Source: Vulcanimicrobiota bacterium (GTDB lineage: Bacteria > Vulcanimicrobiota > Vulcanimicrobiia > Vulcanimicrobiales > Vulcanimicrobiaceae). Taken from it: DNA of 64,000 nucleotides. A program made the position numbers and the translations under genes. Shown here in pieces: positions 10,874-21,397 of the stretch; the stretch's first letter is position 1; each line of letters opens with the position of its first letter. The notes under the pieces are model-generated. The model ran no database searches. It had not been told where the DNA came from and saw nothing but the letters and a program-made list of their open reading frames with translations. Location: positions 1-64,000 of the forward strand of contig CAVRQT010000003.1 of NCBI GenBank assembly GCA_963723515.1, in the 5' to 3' direction.

Positions 10874-12223
10874 ATGCAATCGACCGCAGTGATCCTCGGC
10901 ACCGCTCGAACGCCGTTCGGTCGTCTCGGCGGCGCGCTTTCATCGATTCCAGCGACAAGTCTGGGAGCGGCAGCGTTAGCCGGCGCGATTGAACGGGCGG
11001 GCGTTGAGGGAGCCGACATCGAGCACGTGATCATGGGACAAGTGCTCCAAGCCGGTGTTGGTCAGGCGCCCGCGCGACAAGCCTCGTTCAAAGCGGGACT
11101 TGCAAAGACCACCACGAGTGAAACGGTCAACAAAGTTTGCGCATCAGGATTGCTTGCAGTGGTCAATGCTGCGCGACTGATCAACGATGGAAGCAACGCG
11201 CTCGTCGCCGCCGGCGGCATGGAGTCGATGTCCAATGCGCCCTACCTCCTCCAAGAAGCGCGCAGCGGATATCGCTTCGGCGATGGACGGCTGATCGACG
11301 AGATGATCTACGATGGGCTATGGGACTACTATTTTGAAATGACGATGGCGGCGCAAGGTGCAAAAGTCGCGCACGAATTTGAAATCAGCCGCGAAGATCA
11401 AGATCGTTTCGCATACGAAAGCCACCGTCGCGGTTTAGCCGCGTACGAAAGCGGTGCGATGAAAGATGAAGTCCTGCCGCTCAAAGTGGCGAGCAAGCTC
11501 AAAGGAAAGTTTGTCGTCGAGAAGTTGCCGGTGCAAGCGCGCGCACGTATTCCGGCATTAGCGGGCGGCAACGGGAGCACCGGCACGATGTGGCATCATG
11601 AGCCGCCGGCGCATTTCGCGCCGAACCCGGATCGATGGATGCCTTTTGTGACCGGCGATGTTCCGCATGCGCTGTTCGAGCGCGACGAGAGCATCCGTGC
11701 TGATGCGAGCTTGGAAGCGATGGCGAGGCTCAAGCCCATCGATAAGGAGGGCACCGTCACGGCCGGCAACGCGCCGGGCGTCAATGACGGCGCCGCGGCG
11801 GTGATTCTTTCAACTGAAGAATACGCGCGCGTTCACGGTTTGGAGCCGCTTGCAACGATCGTTGACCATGCGACCGTCGCGTGGGATTCCCCGTACATCG
11901 CGCTGACGCCGGCCATGGCAGCACAGAAGCTGCTCGACCAAAATGGCCTGAATAAAAGTGACATCGACGTTTGGGAGATTAACGAAGCGTTTTCAGCCGT
12001 CGTGCTGACCTCTGCGCGCAAGCTCGGCATCGATCCGGAAATTGTCAACCAAAACGGCGGCGCGGTCGCGATGGGGCATCCGATCGGCGCGTCGGGCGCC
12101 CGAATCATCGGTACGGTCGTGCATCAACTGCGCCGCAAAGGCGGCGGCCTTGGAATCGCAACGATCTGCAGCGGCGGCGGCCAAGGCGATGCGGTACTGA
12201 TTAGCGTGCCACGGAATAGCTAA
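10874..12223 (+). CDS. Acetyl-CoA C-acetyltransferase (thiolase) with ~50-aa insertion
   Basis: NKVCASG, GGMESMS, NEAF, GHPIGASG, ICSGGG. Confidence 0.92.
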   Translation: MQSTAVILGTARTPFGRLGGALSSIPATSLGAAALAGAIERAGVEGADIEHVIMGQVLQAGVGQAPARQASFKAGLAKTTTSETVNKVCASGLLAVVNAARLINDGSNALVAAGGMESMSNAPYLLQEARSGYRFGDGRLIDEMIYDGLWDYYFEMTMAAQGAKVAHEFEISREDQDRFAYESHRRGLAAYESGAMKDEVLPLKVASKLKGKFVVEKLPVQARARIPALAGGNGSTGTMWHHEPPAHFAPNPDRWMPFVTGDVPHALFERDESIRADASLEAMARLKPIDKEGTVTAGNAPGVNDGAAAVILSTEEYARVHGLEPLATIVDHATVAWDSPYIALTPAMAAQKLLDQNGLNKSDIDVWEINEAFSAVVLTSARKLGIDPEIVNQNGGAVAMGHPIGASGARIIGTVVHQLRRKGGGLGIATICSGGGQGDAVLISVPRNS

Positions 12224-13059
12224 TCCGCATCGCCGTCATCGGTGCCGGGCAGATGGGTTCGGGCATCGCTCAAGTCGCGGCAGCCTCGGGCGCGGACGTC
12301 ATTCTGCACGACCGCGAAGACCGATTCGTGCAGCGCGGGCTCGAGGGCATCGGGCGCAACCTCGATCGCGGCGTTGAACGCGGGCGGTTAACTCCCGAGC
12401 AGCGCGGCCACATTCTCTCGCGCATCACGCCGACGGCGCACATCGCTGATTGGGATGTCGCGATCGCAATCGAAGCGGCGACCGAAGACGCCGATATCAA
12501 ACGCGAGCTCTTCCGCCGACTCGATGAGGCGACGCCGCCTGAGGCCGTCCTGGCCAGCAACACGTCGTCGATTTCGATCACGATGCTTGGGGCACAGACA
12601 TCGCGGCCGGAAAACGTCATCGGCATGCACTTCATGAATCCCGTTCCGGTGATGAAGCTCGTGGAGATCATTCGCGGCCTCGCAACCTCGCAAAAGACGT
12701 TTGACTTCACGAAAAACTTGGCCGAAAAGCTCGACAAGACGCCGGTTGAGGTGCGCGACTTCCCAGGGTTCGTTTCAAATCGAGTGCTGATGCCGATGCT
12801 CAACGAAGCGATGTATGCGCTCTACGAAGGCGTTGCATCGCCCGAAGCGATCGATACAGTGATGAAGTTGGGGATGAATCACCCGATGGGACCCTTACAG
12901 CTGGCGGATTTCATCGGTCTGGACACGTGTTTGGCAATCTTGGGCGTGCTGCACGAAGGACTGGGCGATCCAAAGTATCGTCCCTGTCCGCTGCTCAAGA
13001 ACTATGTGGCCGCAGGTTGGCTCGGAAAGAAAACCGGGCGCGGCTTCTACATCTATTAG
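12223..13059 (+). CDS. hbd: 3-hydroxybutyryl-CoA dehydrogenase (start codon unclear)
   Basis: IRIAVIGAGQMGSGIA starts at 12223 upstream of the listed ATG; ASNTSS, HFMNP, GFVSNR, HPMGP. Confidence 0.9.
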   Translation: MRIAVIGAGQMGSGIAQVAAASGADVILHDREDRFVQRGLEGIGRNLDRGVERGRLTPEQRGHILSRITPTAHIADWDVAIAIEAATEDADIKRELFRRLDEATPPEAVLASNTSSISITMLGAQTSRPENVIGMHFMNPVPVMKLVEIIRGLATSQKTFDFTKNLAEKLDKTPVEVRDFPGFVSNRVLMPMLNEAMYALYEGVASPEAIDTVMKLGMNHPMGPLQLADFIGLDTCLAILGVLHEGLGDPKYRPCPLLKNYVAAGWLGKKTGRGFYIY

Positions 13060-13096
13060 CATTCCGAAACCGGCGCAGCACCCGAGCGTTAAAGCG

Positions 13097-14233
13097 ATGT
13101 TCGAGCTGACCGAAGAGCAGCGTCAAATCCGCCAGCTGGCTACGGAAATCGCTGCTCGTGAGATTGCGCCGCACATCGCGCGATGGGATCGCGAGCACGT
13201 CTTTCCGCGCGAGCTGTACGAAAAACTCAATGCCGCCGGCGTTTTGGGAATCATCATCCCCGAAGAATACGGCGGCGTCGGCGCGGACTACGTCGCCTAC
13301 GCGCTCGCAATCGAAGAGCTGGCCAAGGTCGACGCTGGGACCGCGGTCACGGTTTCCGTGCACTCGATGATCTGCTCGGCGATCATGCAGCTTGGAACGG
13401 CTGAGCAGAAGGCGCGGTATCTTCCGAAACTCGCAAGCGAAAACATGTTGGCCGCGTTCGCACTCACCGAGCCCGACGTCGGTTCGGATGCCGGCCGGCT
13501 TCGCGCGAAGGCGGAGCCGAGCAATGACGGCTACATCTTAAACGGGCGCAAGCAGTGGTGCACGAACGGCGGCTACTCCGGCGTCATCATGGCGATGTTC
13601 CGAACCGGCGCCGGACATAAGGGCATCAGCGCCTTCTTGGTCGACAACGACTTGCGCGGCGTCACGATCGAGAAGACAACTGAAAAGCTTGGCGTCCACA
13701 CCAGCAACACCTGTGATGTCGCCTTCGATGATGTGCACGTTTCGCGTTCCGCGCTCTTGGGCGGAGAAGGCGAAGGTTTTGGAAGCGCGATGACAGCGCT
13801 GCAGAGTGGCCGCATCGGAATCGCTGCGCAAGCCTGCGGCATTCTCGCCGCGTGTCTGGAAGCATCCGTTGCCTTTGCAAAAGACCGCTATGCATTTGGG
13901 AAACCGATCGGCGCATTCGAGGGTGTCTCGTTTAAGATCGCGCAGATGGCGACGGATCTGGATGCCGCGCGACTGCTGACGTACCGCGCGGCTGCGCTCT
14001 GTTCCGGGGGCCGTGAGTTTACCGCCGAGGCGAGCAAAGCGAAGCTCTTTGCGTCGACTGCGGCGCGCCGCCACGCCGCCGAAGCGATTCAAATTCACGG
14101 CGGGTACGGCTATACGACGGAACTTCCGATCGAGCGCTATTACCGCGATGCCAAAATCACGGAGATCTACGAAGGCACTTCCGAGATCCAGCAGATCATT
14201 ATCGCGCGCTCACTTCTCGGCAAACTAGGGTAG
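13097..14233 (+). CDS. Acyl-CoA dehydrogenase (short/branched chain)
   Basis: FALTEPDVGSD, GRIGIAAQ, QIHGGYGY, IYEGTSEIQ. Confidence 0.92.
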   Translation: MFELTEEQRQIRQLATEIAAREIAPHIARWDREHVFPRELYEKLNAAGVLGIIIPEEYGGVGADYVAYALAIEELAKVDAGTAVTVSVHSMICSAIMQLGTAEQKARYLPKLASENMLAAFALTEPDVGSDAGRLRAKAEPSNDGYILNGRKQWCTNGGYSGVIMAMFRTGAGHKGISAFLVDNDLRGVTIEKTTEKLGVHTSNTCDVAFDDVHVSRSALLGGEGEGFGSAMTALQSGRIGIAAQACGILAACLEASVAFAKDRYAFGKPIGAFEGVSFKIAQMATDLDAARLLTYRAAALCSGGREFTAEASKAKLFASTAARRHAAEAIQIHGGYGYTTELPIERYYRDAKITEIYEGTSEIQQIIIARSLLGKLG

Positions 14234-14257
14234 CGGATAGTTAACTTCTGCTCGATG

Positions 14258-14396
14258 CGATAGTCCCAATGTCAACTTGTCGAAATGTGAGCTTGTCGAA
14301 ATGTGAGCTCGTCGCACTTCGCTCAGTGTGACACAGTGTGAGAGCAGTTGAGTGACTCGACAGCCAGTGTGACACAGTTGCGCAGTTGGGACATCG
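14258..14396. repeat. Degenerate REP-like element with internal tandem duplications
   Basis: 16-bp unit (g)cttgtcgaaatgtga x2.5 and cagtgtgaca-like units, bounded by imperfect IR cgatagtcccaa/ttgggacatcg. Confidence 0.7.
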
Positions 14397-14420
14397 GCTC
14401 AGGAAATGTCGACCTGCCTC

Positions 14421-14819
14421 TTATCCGCCGCAGTTCATCATCCAAAAGATTCCGTAGCGATCTTTGAACATCCCGAACACGGCGCCCCAAAACTGCTTTT
14501 GAAACGGCATCGCCACGTTGCCGCCCGCGGAAAGCTTATCGAAGATTTCCTGCCCTCGGTTCTCATCATCGATGCCGATTGAAAGCGAGATGTTGCTCTC
14601 GGACGGCGCGCCTTGAGGACTGTCGGAAGCCATCAACGTTCCGCCCTCAAAGCTGAACGTCGCGTGCATGATCCCTCGTTTGTCGGTCACCTGTTGTTCC
14701 ATAGGCGAGCCTTCGAAGCGATGGATTTCTGAGATCGTTCCGCCGAGGCAGTCCTTGTAGAAGTTGAGCGCTTCTTCGCAGTTTCCGTTGAAGGCAAGAT
14801 ACGGTGCTAATTGAATCAT
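14421..14819 (-). CDS. VOC family protein (PhnB/glyoxalase-like)
   Basis: PYLAFNGNCEEALNFY, IMHA, FWGAVFGMFKDRYGIFW. Confidence 0.9.
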   Translation of the reverse strand: MIQLAPYLAFNGNCEEALNFYKDCLGGTISEIHRFEGSPMEQQVTDKRGIMHATFSFEGGTLMASDSPQGAPSESNISLSIGIDDENRGQEIFDKLSAGGNVAMPFQKQFWGAVFGMFKDRYGIFWMMNCGG

Positions 14820-14896
14820 GCCGCCGCTGATACGGTACATGTGCGCCGCACTCTTGCAAGGTTTGAGGACCTCTTAAGGCCAACCGTGCGCGACTC

Positions 14897-16057
14897 GTGA
14901 ATCTGCTCGAGTATCAAGGAAAAGAGCTTTTTGCGCGCGCCGGCATTCCGGTGCCTAACGGCGTTCACGTCGGCAGCGCGGCGGAGGCGCAGGCCTTCGT
15001 TCGCGAGCACCCCGGCCGCTGGGTTATCAAAGCCCAAGTGCTGATCGGTGGCAGAGGCAAGGCCGGCGGAATAAAGTTTGCAACGTCTGCCGCGCAAGCG
15101 CGCGACGTCGCCGAGAGTATCCTCGGCATGACGATCGCGAACCGCCAGAACCCAAAAGGCGAAGTCGTACGCTCGCTGCTGATTGAAGAACAGCTCGACA
15201 TTGCCAAAGAAGCGTACTGCGCCGTCGCGATCGATCGCGCAACGCGCCGTCCAACCGTAATTGCTAGCCACCGGGGCGGCATGGATATCGAGGAAGTGGC
15301 GGAGCTGCATCCGGACGACATCACGAAGTTCGGCATCGATACGGCGATCGGGTATTCGCCGTTCATCGGTCGCGACGTCGCGTTTACGGCGCAGCTCGAT
15401 CCCGGCTATCGCAAAGCCTTTCCGGCGATCCTGGGCGGAATTTACGAAATCTTCTTTCGCTACGGCGCGAAGTTGGTCGAAATCAATCCTCTCGTCCTGA
15501 CGCAGGACGGCTTGGTCATCGCTTCCGATGCCAAAGTTGAGCTGGACGACGACGCACTCTACAAGCATCGGGAACTCAAAGAGTGGCAAGGCGCGCTGCA
15601 ACTGGATGAAGATGAGACGCTTGCCGCGCAGGCGGGTTTAGGGATTCGCAACTTCCGCCGATTCGACGGCAGCGTCGGCACGATGGCCAACGGTGCCGGC
15701 CTCGCGATGGCCACGATGGATGCCGTTCGCAATGCGGGCGGATCGTTTGCGAACTTTCTTGATGTCGGCGGCGGCGCGGACGCGACGCTCGTACGCAGCT
15801 GCTACGAATTGATCATCAACAACACCGGCGCGCGCTCGCTCTTCATCAATATCTTCGGCGGGATAACGCGTTGCGACGAGGTTGCTAAGGGCATCGTCAC
15901 GGCGCTCACGCAGACGCAGGCGCGCAAAGTGCCGCTCGTCATTCGATTGACGGGAACGAATGAAGAAGAGGGCCGCGCGATTCTCTCGGGCGCAGGCATG
16001 TCACCGGTGCAAACGATGGATGAAGGCGCTGCCCAAGCGGTCTCGCTGGCAGCGTGA
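14897..16057 (+). CDS. sucC: Succinyl-CoA synthetase beta subunit
   Basis: MNLLEYQGKELF, KAQVLIGGRGKAGG, EINPL, NGAGLAMATMD, NIFGGITRCD. Confidence 0.95.
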   Translation: MNLLEYQGKELFARAGIPVPNGVHVGSAAEAQAFVREHPGRWVIKAQVLIGGRGKAGGIKFATSAAQARDVAESILGMTIANRQNPKGEVVRSLLIEEQLDIAKEAYCAVAIDRATRRPTVIASHRGGMDIEEVAELHPDDITKFGIDTAIGYSPFIGRDVAFTAQLDPGYRKAFPAILGGIYEIFFRYGAKLVEINPLVLTQDGLVIASDAKVELDDDALYKHRELKEWQGALQLDEDETLAAQAGLGIRNFRRFDGSVGTMANGAGLAMATMDAVRNAGGSFANFLDVGGGADATLVRSCYELIINNTGARSLFINIFGGITRCDEVAKGIVTALTQTQARKVPLVIRLTGTNEEEGRAILSGAGMSPVQTMDEGAAQAVSLAA

Positions 16058-16079
16058 ATGCGCTATCAAGGCAGTCCCG

Positions 16080-16142
16080 TGTCACACTGAGCTTGTCGAA
16101 GTGCAACGATTCCCGCTGCCCTTCGACAGGCTCAGGGTGACA
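16080..16142. repeat. Complete REP-like inverted repeat
   Basis: tgtcacactgagcttgtcgaag ... cttcgacaggctcagggtgaca between sucC and sucD. Confidence 0.85.
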
Positions 16143-16165
16143 GTGTATTGCGGAGCGCCTTCAAA

Positions 16166-17050
16166 ATGAGTATTTTCATCGACAAGAATACGAAGGTCAT
16201 CGTGCAAGGCATTACGGGCAGCGAAGGCTCGTATCACACCTCGCGCATGCTGCAATATGGAACGCAGATCGTCGGCGGCGTCACGCCCGGCAAAGGCGGC
16301 CAGAAGACGCCGCATGGTTTGCCGGTGTTTGACACGGTGCGTGATGCTGTTGCCGCAACCGGCGCGACGCACACCTGCATCTTCGTTCCGCCGCCGTTTG
16401 CCGCGGACGCGCTCTTCGAAGCGCACGACGCCGGCATCACGATGGCGATCTGCATCACGGAAGGCATCCCGGTGCACGATGTGTTGCGCGTTGTGGGAAC
16501 GACGCGCGGCATGCGCATCATCGGTCCGAATTGTCCAGGCGTGCTTTCGCCGGGAAAATCGTCGATCGGGATTATGCCCGGACACATCTTTGCGGAAGGC
16601 AACGTCGGACTGATCTCGCGTTCCGGGACGCTGACGTACGAAGTTGTCGATCAGTTGACGCGCGCCGGCTTTGGCCAATCGACGTGCGTCGGCGTCGGCG
16701 GCGATCCGATCATCGGAACGACGTTCGTCGATTGTTTGCGCGAATTCGCAAACGATCCGCAAACGCAAAGTCTCGTCATCTGCGGCGAAATCGGCGGATC
16801 GGATGAAGAAGATGCCGCGGCGTACATTGCGCAGCACATGCCCGATCGCCCGATCGTCGCGTTTGTCGGCGGCCGTAACGCGCCGCCCGGAAAATCGCTA
16901 GGCCACGCCGGCGCTATCATTTCCGGCAAGCTCGGCACTCCGCAAAGCAAGATCGAGGCCTTCGAACGGGCCGGGGTCCCCGTGGCGGATCGACCCTCTT
17001 TGATTCCGGAACTGCTGCGCTCACGGATGCCGGCCGGCATCCACTCCTAG
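16166..17050 (+). CDS. sucD: Succinyl-CoA synthetase alpha subunit
   Basis: [28 protein letters not shown] phospho-His motif. Confidence 0.95.
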   Translation: MSIFIDKNTKVIVQGITGSEGSYHTSRMLQYGTQIVGGVTPGKGGQKTPHGLPVFDTVRDAVAATGATHTCIFVPPPFAADALFEAHDAGITMAICITEGIPVHDVLRVVGTTRGMRIIGPNCPGVLSPGKSSIGIMPGHIFAEGNVGLISRSGTLTYEVVDQLTRAGFGQSTCVGVGGDPIIGTTFVDCLREFANDPQTQSLVICGEIGGSDEEDAAAYIAQHMPDRPIVAFVGGRNAPPGKSLGHAGAIISGKLGTPQSKIEAFERAGVPVADRPSLIPELLRSRMPAGIHS

Positions 17051-17299
17051 GCACCGGCCCACAGCCAAACGTGGCTGAGCGACCCCTCGGGGAATGTTCA
17101 GCCATCGTCATGGCGAGGGAGCTGAAGGCTGGGGCCCCACGGCAGTGGGGGCGCGGAGCTTGGAGCGAAGCGCGTCTTTTTGAAGGAAGGCCACCCGGAC
17201 CCGACCAATCCGACATTTACGTCAGCTTAAGGGTTGCTGAGGAGAACTCAGCGTGCCCTAAAGTTGGCGTATACCACTTACCACAAAAGAGGGCTAGGA

Positions 17300-20200
17300 A
17301 TGAAAAAACCATCCCTCCGTAATGTGGCTGTCGCGCTGACGATGCTTGTCGCGTTTCTGGTCCAGGGAACATGGGCACTGGCCGGAACCACGGGCGGACT
17401 CAGCGGAGTGGTGACCGACGAAAAAGGCGCACCGGTTGTAGCAGCAACGGTGTCCGTCGCGGCACCCTCTGGAACGTCGACGACCACAACGGATGCATCA
17501 GGACACTATGTGTTCCTGAACCTGGCTCCGGACACGTATACCGTTTCGGTGAAGAAAGACGGTTACAATCCGGTTTCTCAAGGTGGCGTAACGGTCTTCG
17601 CAGACCAAACGCACACGGTCAACATACAGACCGAACACTCGATTAGAGAAATCGGACACGTCACTTCACGAGCGGCGAACGACCTCGTAAAGTCCGGAAC
17701 CACGGCCGATATCTACTCCGTCAATGCGGCGACCGCTGAAAAGGTCGCATCGATTGGCGGCGGCACCAACCTCAACAGCGCGTATTCGGCGCTGGCGTCG
17801 CAACCCGGCGTCATGCTCGACTACGGCGGCATGGGTTGGGGCCAAACGATCTACATTCATGGCGCCAGCTACTCGCAGGTCGGCTATGAATTCGACGGTA
17901 TTCCGGTCAACCGCGCGTTCGACAACTACAACGCCAACACGCTGACGAATCTCGGTCAGCAGGAGTTGCAAGTGTACACGGGCGGCGCTCCGGCAACCTC
18001 AACGTCGGCAACGGTCGGCGGATTCATCAATCAGGTTATCCGAACCGGAACGTATCCGGGATTCGGAACCGTGAATGCTGGATTCGGAGCTCCGAGCTAC
18101 TACCACGCACTGCAAGGTGAAGCGGGCGGCGCAACGCCGAACCGTCTCTTCTCGTATTACGTTGGATTGCTCGGCTACGATCAGAGCCAACGTATTCAAG
18201 ATCAATTCAACGGCGGCTTGTCGCCGGGCTTCAACATCAGCCCGTCGATCAGCACCGGTCCAAACGACTCACTTCAGACAGGCGGCATCTTCTCGCTGTG
18301 CGGTCCGCCGGGCAGCGCGTATCCGTCGCCTTTGGTTCAACCGGGCGGTTGTCTCGGATCGCTTCCGTTTGCGATCGCGACGTTAACTCGATCATCCAGG
18401 ACCGTGAATCCGTAGCGAACTTCCACATCGGCATCCCGCATAAGAAAGACAGCGGCCGTGACGATGTGCAGTTGCTCTACAGCGGTTCTTTCCAGCACGA
18501 GTCGTATCAGGACTCGATCAACGACTACGGCGGCTACGCCGGTTACTGCCAAAACTTCTACGGCTCAGCGACTTGCCCGTGCACGGCGTCCGCGGCATTC
18601 ATCCCGTACGCCGATTCGACGATCTTCAACACCAATGCGAGCATCGGACAGGTGTTGACCCCGGGACAGACGATCCCGCTGGTCAACTACTACTTCCCGA
18701 GCTCGAACACGGCGCGTCAACTGAACTCGCCGCTGCCGTACAACGGTGGGGGTCGCGCTGGGCAAGGCAATGACTCGCAGATCATCAAGGCCCAGTACAC
18801 GCACAACATCGGATCGAACGCGTATCTCCGTCTGTACGGCTACACGTTCTACTCCGACTGGTTGCTCAACGATCCGACAGCTGCCGAGACGGCGTACTAC
18901 CTGAACGGCGGCTTCTTCGGATCGACGCCCGACTACGAGCTGATCACGCACACCAAGGGCGGCTCGATCGAGTATGCCAACCAGATCAACGCACAACACT
19001 TGCTGCAAGCCGATATCAACTACGTCACTGCGAATGTGTCGCGTTACAACAACTCGACATTCCGCGCCGGCACGATGACTCAGCCGGGCAGCAGCGGCGC
19101 AGGCTGCTATCGTTGCGGCACAAACCTCATTGAGGGCGGCGTCCTCAACCCAGCGGGTTGCGTGAACTACACGACCGGTGCAATCGGTTCGTGTTTCAGC
19201 AGCAGCACGCAAGGGACGTTCTGGGATCCGACACGTGGCGGCGCGACGCAACCGGGCGCGTCCTGGGTTGTAACCAACCTTGGGCCGGCCGGAACGCTGA
19301 ACAAAGTCACGCCGAAGTTCGGTTCATTCTCCGTGAGCGATCAGTGGCGGCCAAACGACAAGCTGCTGATCAACCTCGGTCTGCGCGGCGACCAGTTCGT
19401 CTACGACCTGACGCCAACGAGCGATCCGTCGTACCAGTTCTGGTTTGCGGCGGGAGCGGCGAGCTTCTGCTACGATCCGGCGAACGCGAACTTCGCGGCG
19501 CTGGCATTCGCCAAGGCGGGCGGAGCGCCGGTTCCTGGAAGCTCAAGCCTCGTGTTGACAGCTCCTGGATCGCTCTGTCCGAATAGCCCGATCACCGGTA
19601 CGCCGATGCTCCATCCCAATGGATCGACGGCAGCTGGTTCCGGCAATCCGGCAGGCACCAATCCGCTGCTCTTCACGAACACCACACAGCCCAGCTACAC
19701 AGTCGCTCGGCTGGAACCGCGCTTGAGCGGAACCTATACGCAGAGCCCTGACACGGTGTGGCGCTTCTCGGCCGGACAGTACGTGAATCCGTTCAATACG
19801 GCGACCGTCGAGTACATCGACGCTTCACCGAAACGGGCTGCGTACTTCGACTTCCAGTCGTTCTTCGGTCTCGGCTTCACGACACCGGAGCACCAAGTTC
19901 AGCCGACAACGTCAACCAACTACGACTTCTCGCTCGAGCGTCGCATTCGCGGAACGGATACGAGCTTCAAGATCTCGCCGTTCTACCGCGACGTTCACAA
20001 CCAAACGCAAGACTCGTTTATCGGACCGGGATTCGTTTCGGCGCTCCCGACCAATAACGAACGCGCGTGGGGCGTAGAACTCCAGATCAACAAGGGCGAC
20101 CCGAACAAGAACGGTCTGTCGGGTCAGCTCTCGTACACGTGGACGCGCGCCGACTCGAAGTTCAATCCGATCGGATCGACCGGCCAGAACTTCATCGACG

Positions 20201-21261
20201 GCATCAACGGTGCGGTTGGCGCATACAACGCGTTGACGCGCGCTGGAGCCGGTTCGAGCTACACGCTCAGCACGGGTCAGCGAATCACGCTGCAGACGGC
20301 GGCACCTTGCTACTACAACGGTCAGGGATTCGGCGCGGGCTTCGCGCCGGTCACCACCCCGTTTGGCACGCTGGGTCCAACGGACTGCGTCGTGAGCGGA
20401 AGCACGATCCTCATGTCACCACTTGCTCTGGGTGGCGGAGCGTCGGGAACCTCTGCAGTGCAGAACCCGTACTACTTCGCAACGCCGCAGGGCTACTACG
20501 ATCCGGCTGGTCGCTACCCGCTGTACCAGACGTTCCCGAACATCTACGGGAACTTCCCGGATTCCAACATGACGATCGTCTGGCCGCAAATCATCTCCGG
20601 GTTCATCAACTACAAGCATGACAAGTTCTCGATTGCACCAAACTTCCAGCTGATTCAAGGCTACTCGGGCGGCAGCAATGGCGGCGCCTACTACGGCTCG
20701 CCACTCTCCGTCACGGGTCTGGATCCGCGCGGTTGCTTGAACAATCAGAGCTCGATCCCAGGTTCGAACACACCGCAAATGCCGGCGTACGTATTCGTAC
20801 TACCGAACGGTAACATCGGCTGCGGCGCCTCGAACTTCGGAAGCGGCTTCTTGTATGTGCCCGATCCCTACACGGGTAGCTTTGACGGCTTCGGCAAGTA
20901 CCTAAACCCGTGGCTGTTCAACCTGAACATGCAGATCAGCTACGACATCACGCCGAAGGTCAAGGCGAGCTTACTCCTGGCAAACATCTACAACCGGTGC
21001 TTCGGCGGCTCAAGCACGCCGTGGTCATCGTTCTCACCGCCGGGAGCGGTGGTCTGCGGATACGACTCCGCCTTTGGTGGTTCGACGTTCGCAGGCGCAC
21101 CTGGCCTCACACCTCCGGGAACCGGATACTTCCTCGGCAACTCGCCGACGAACCCGGTCAACGGAACAACGTGGAGCCAAGCTGCGACATACTATCCGTA
21201 CGCCCCGTTGACCAGTTTCTTGCCCTTCACCGCCTATCTGACGTTGCAGTTCAAGATCTAG
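17300..21261 (+). CDS. TonB-dependent receptor-like outer membrane protein with N-terminal carboxypeptidase-regulatory-like domain (frameshift ~18385)
   Basis: Signal peptide, TTTDASGHYVF.NL.PDTYTV domain, plug-like YEFDGIPVN..GGFINQV, beta-strand pattern, C-terminal YLTLQFKI; paralogous to 22602..26195. Confidence 0.8.
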
Positions 21262-21277
21262 TCGCGACAGCGTAAAC

Positions 21278-21318
21278 AAAAAGGAAGGCCCCGGAGCAAT
21301 CCGGGGCCTTTTCTTTTC
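21278..21318 (+). terminator. Rho-independent terminator
   Basis: aaggccccgga-gcaa-tccggggcctt hairpin followed by T-rich tract and preceded by A tract. Confidence 0.9.
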
Positions 21319-21320
21319 GC

Positions 21321-21338
21321 GTGCTGAGCTGTCGAAGC
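21321..21338. repeat. REP-like half element
   Basis: gtgctgagctgtcgaagc. Confidence 0.55.
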
Positions 21339-21397
21339 TGCGGCGGGCGTCACAGGACGGCGGAAACGAGCGCTCGTAGAGTCGGAGCGCCTACCGA

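Noticed and set aside
14270..14390. Possible CRISPR array
   Set aside because: Units are short and directly adjacent with no unique spacers, derive from the REP motif, and no cas genes are nearby.
17051..17299. Cobalamin or TPP riboswitch ahead of the TBDR-like gene
   Set aside because: B12-box and TPP consensus motifs not found; kept only as an unknown structured leader.
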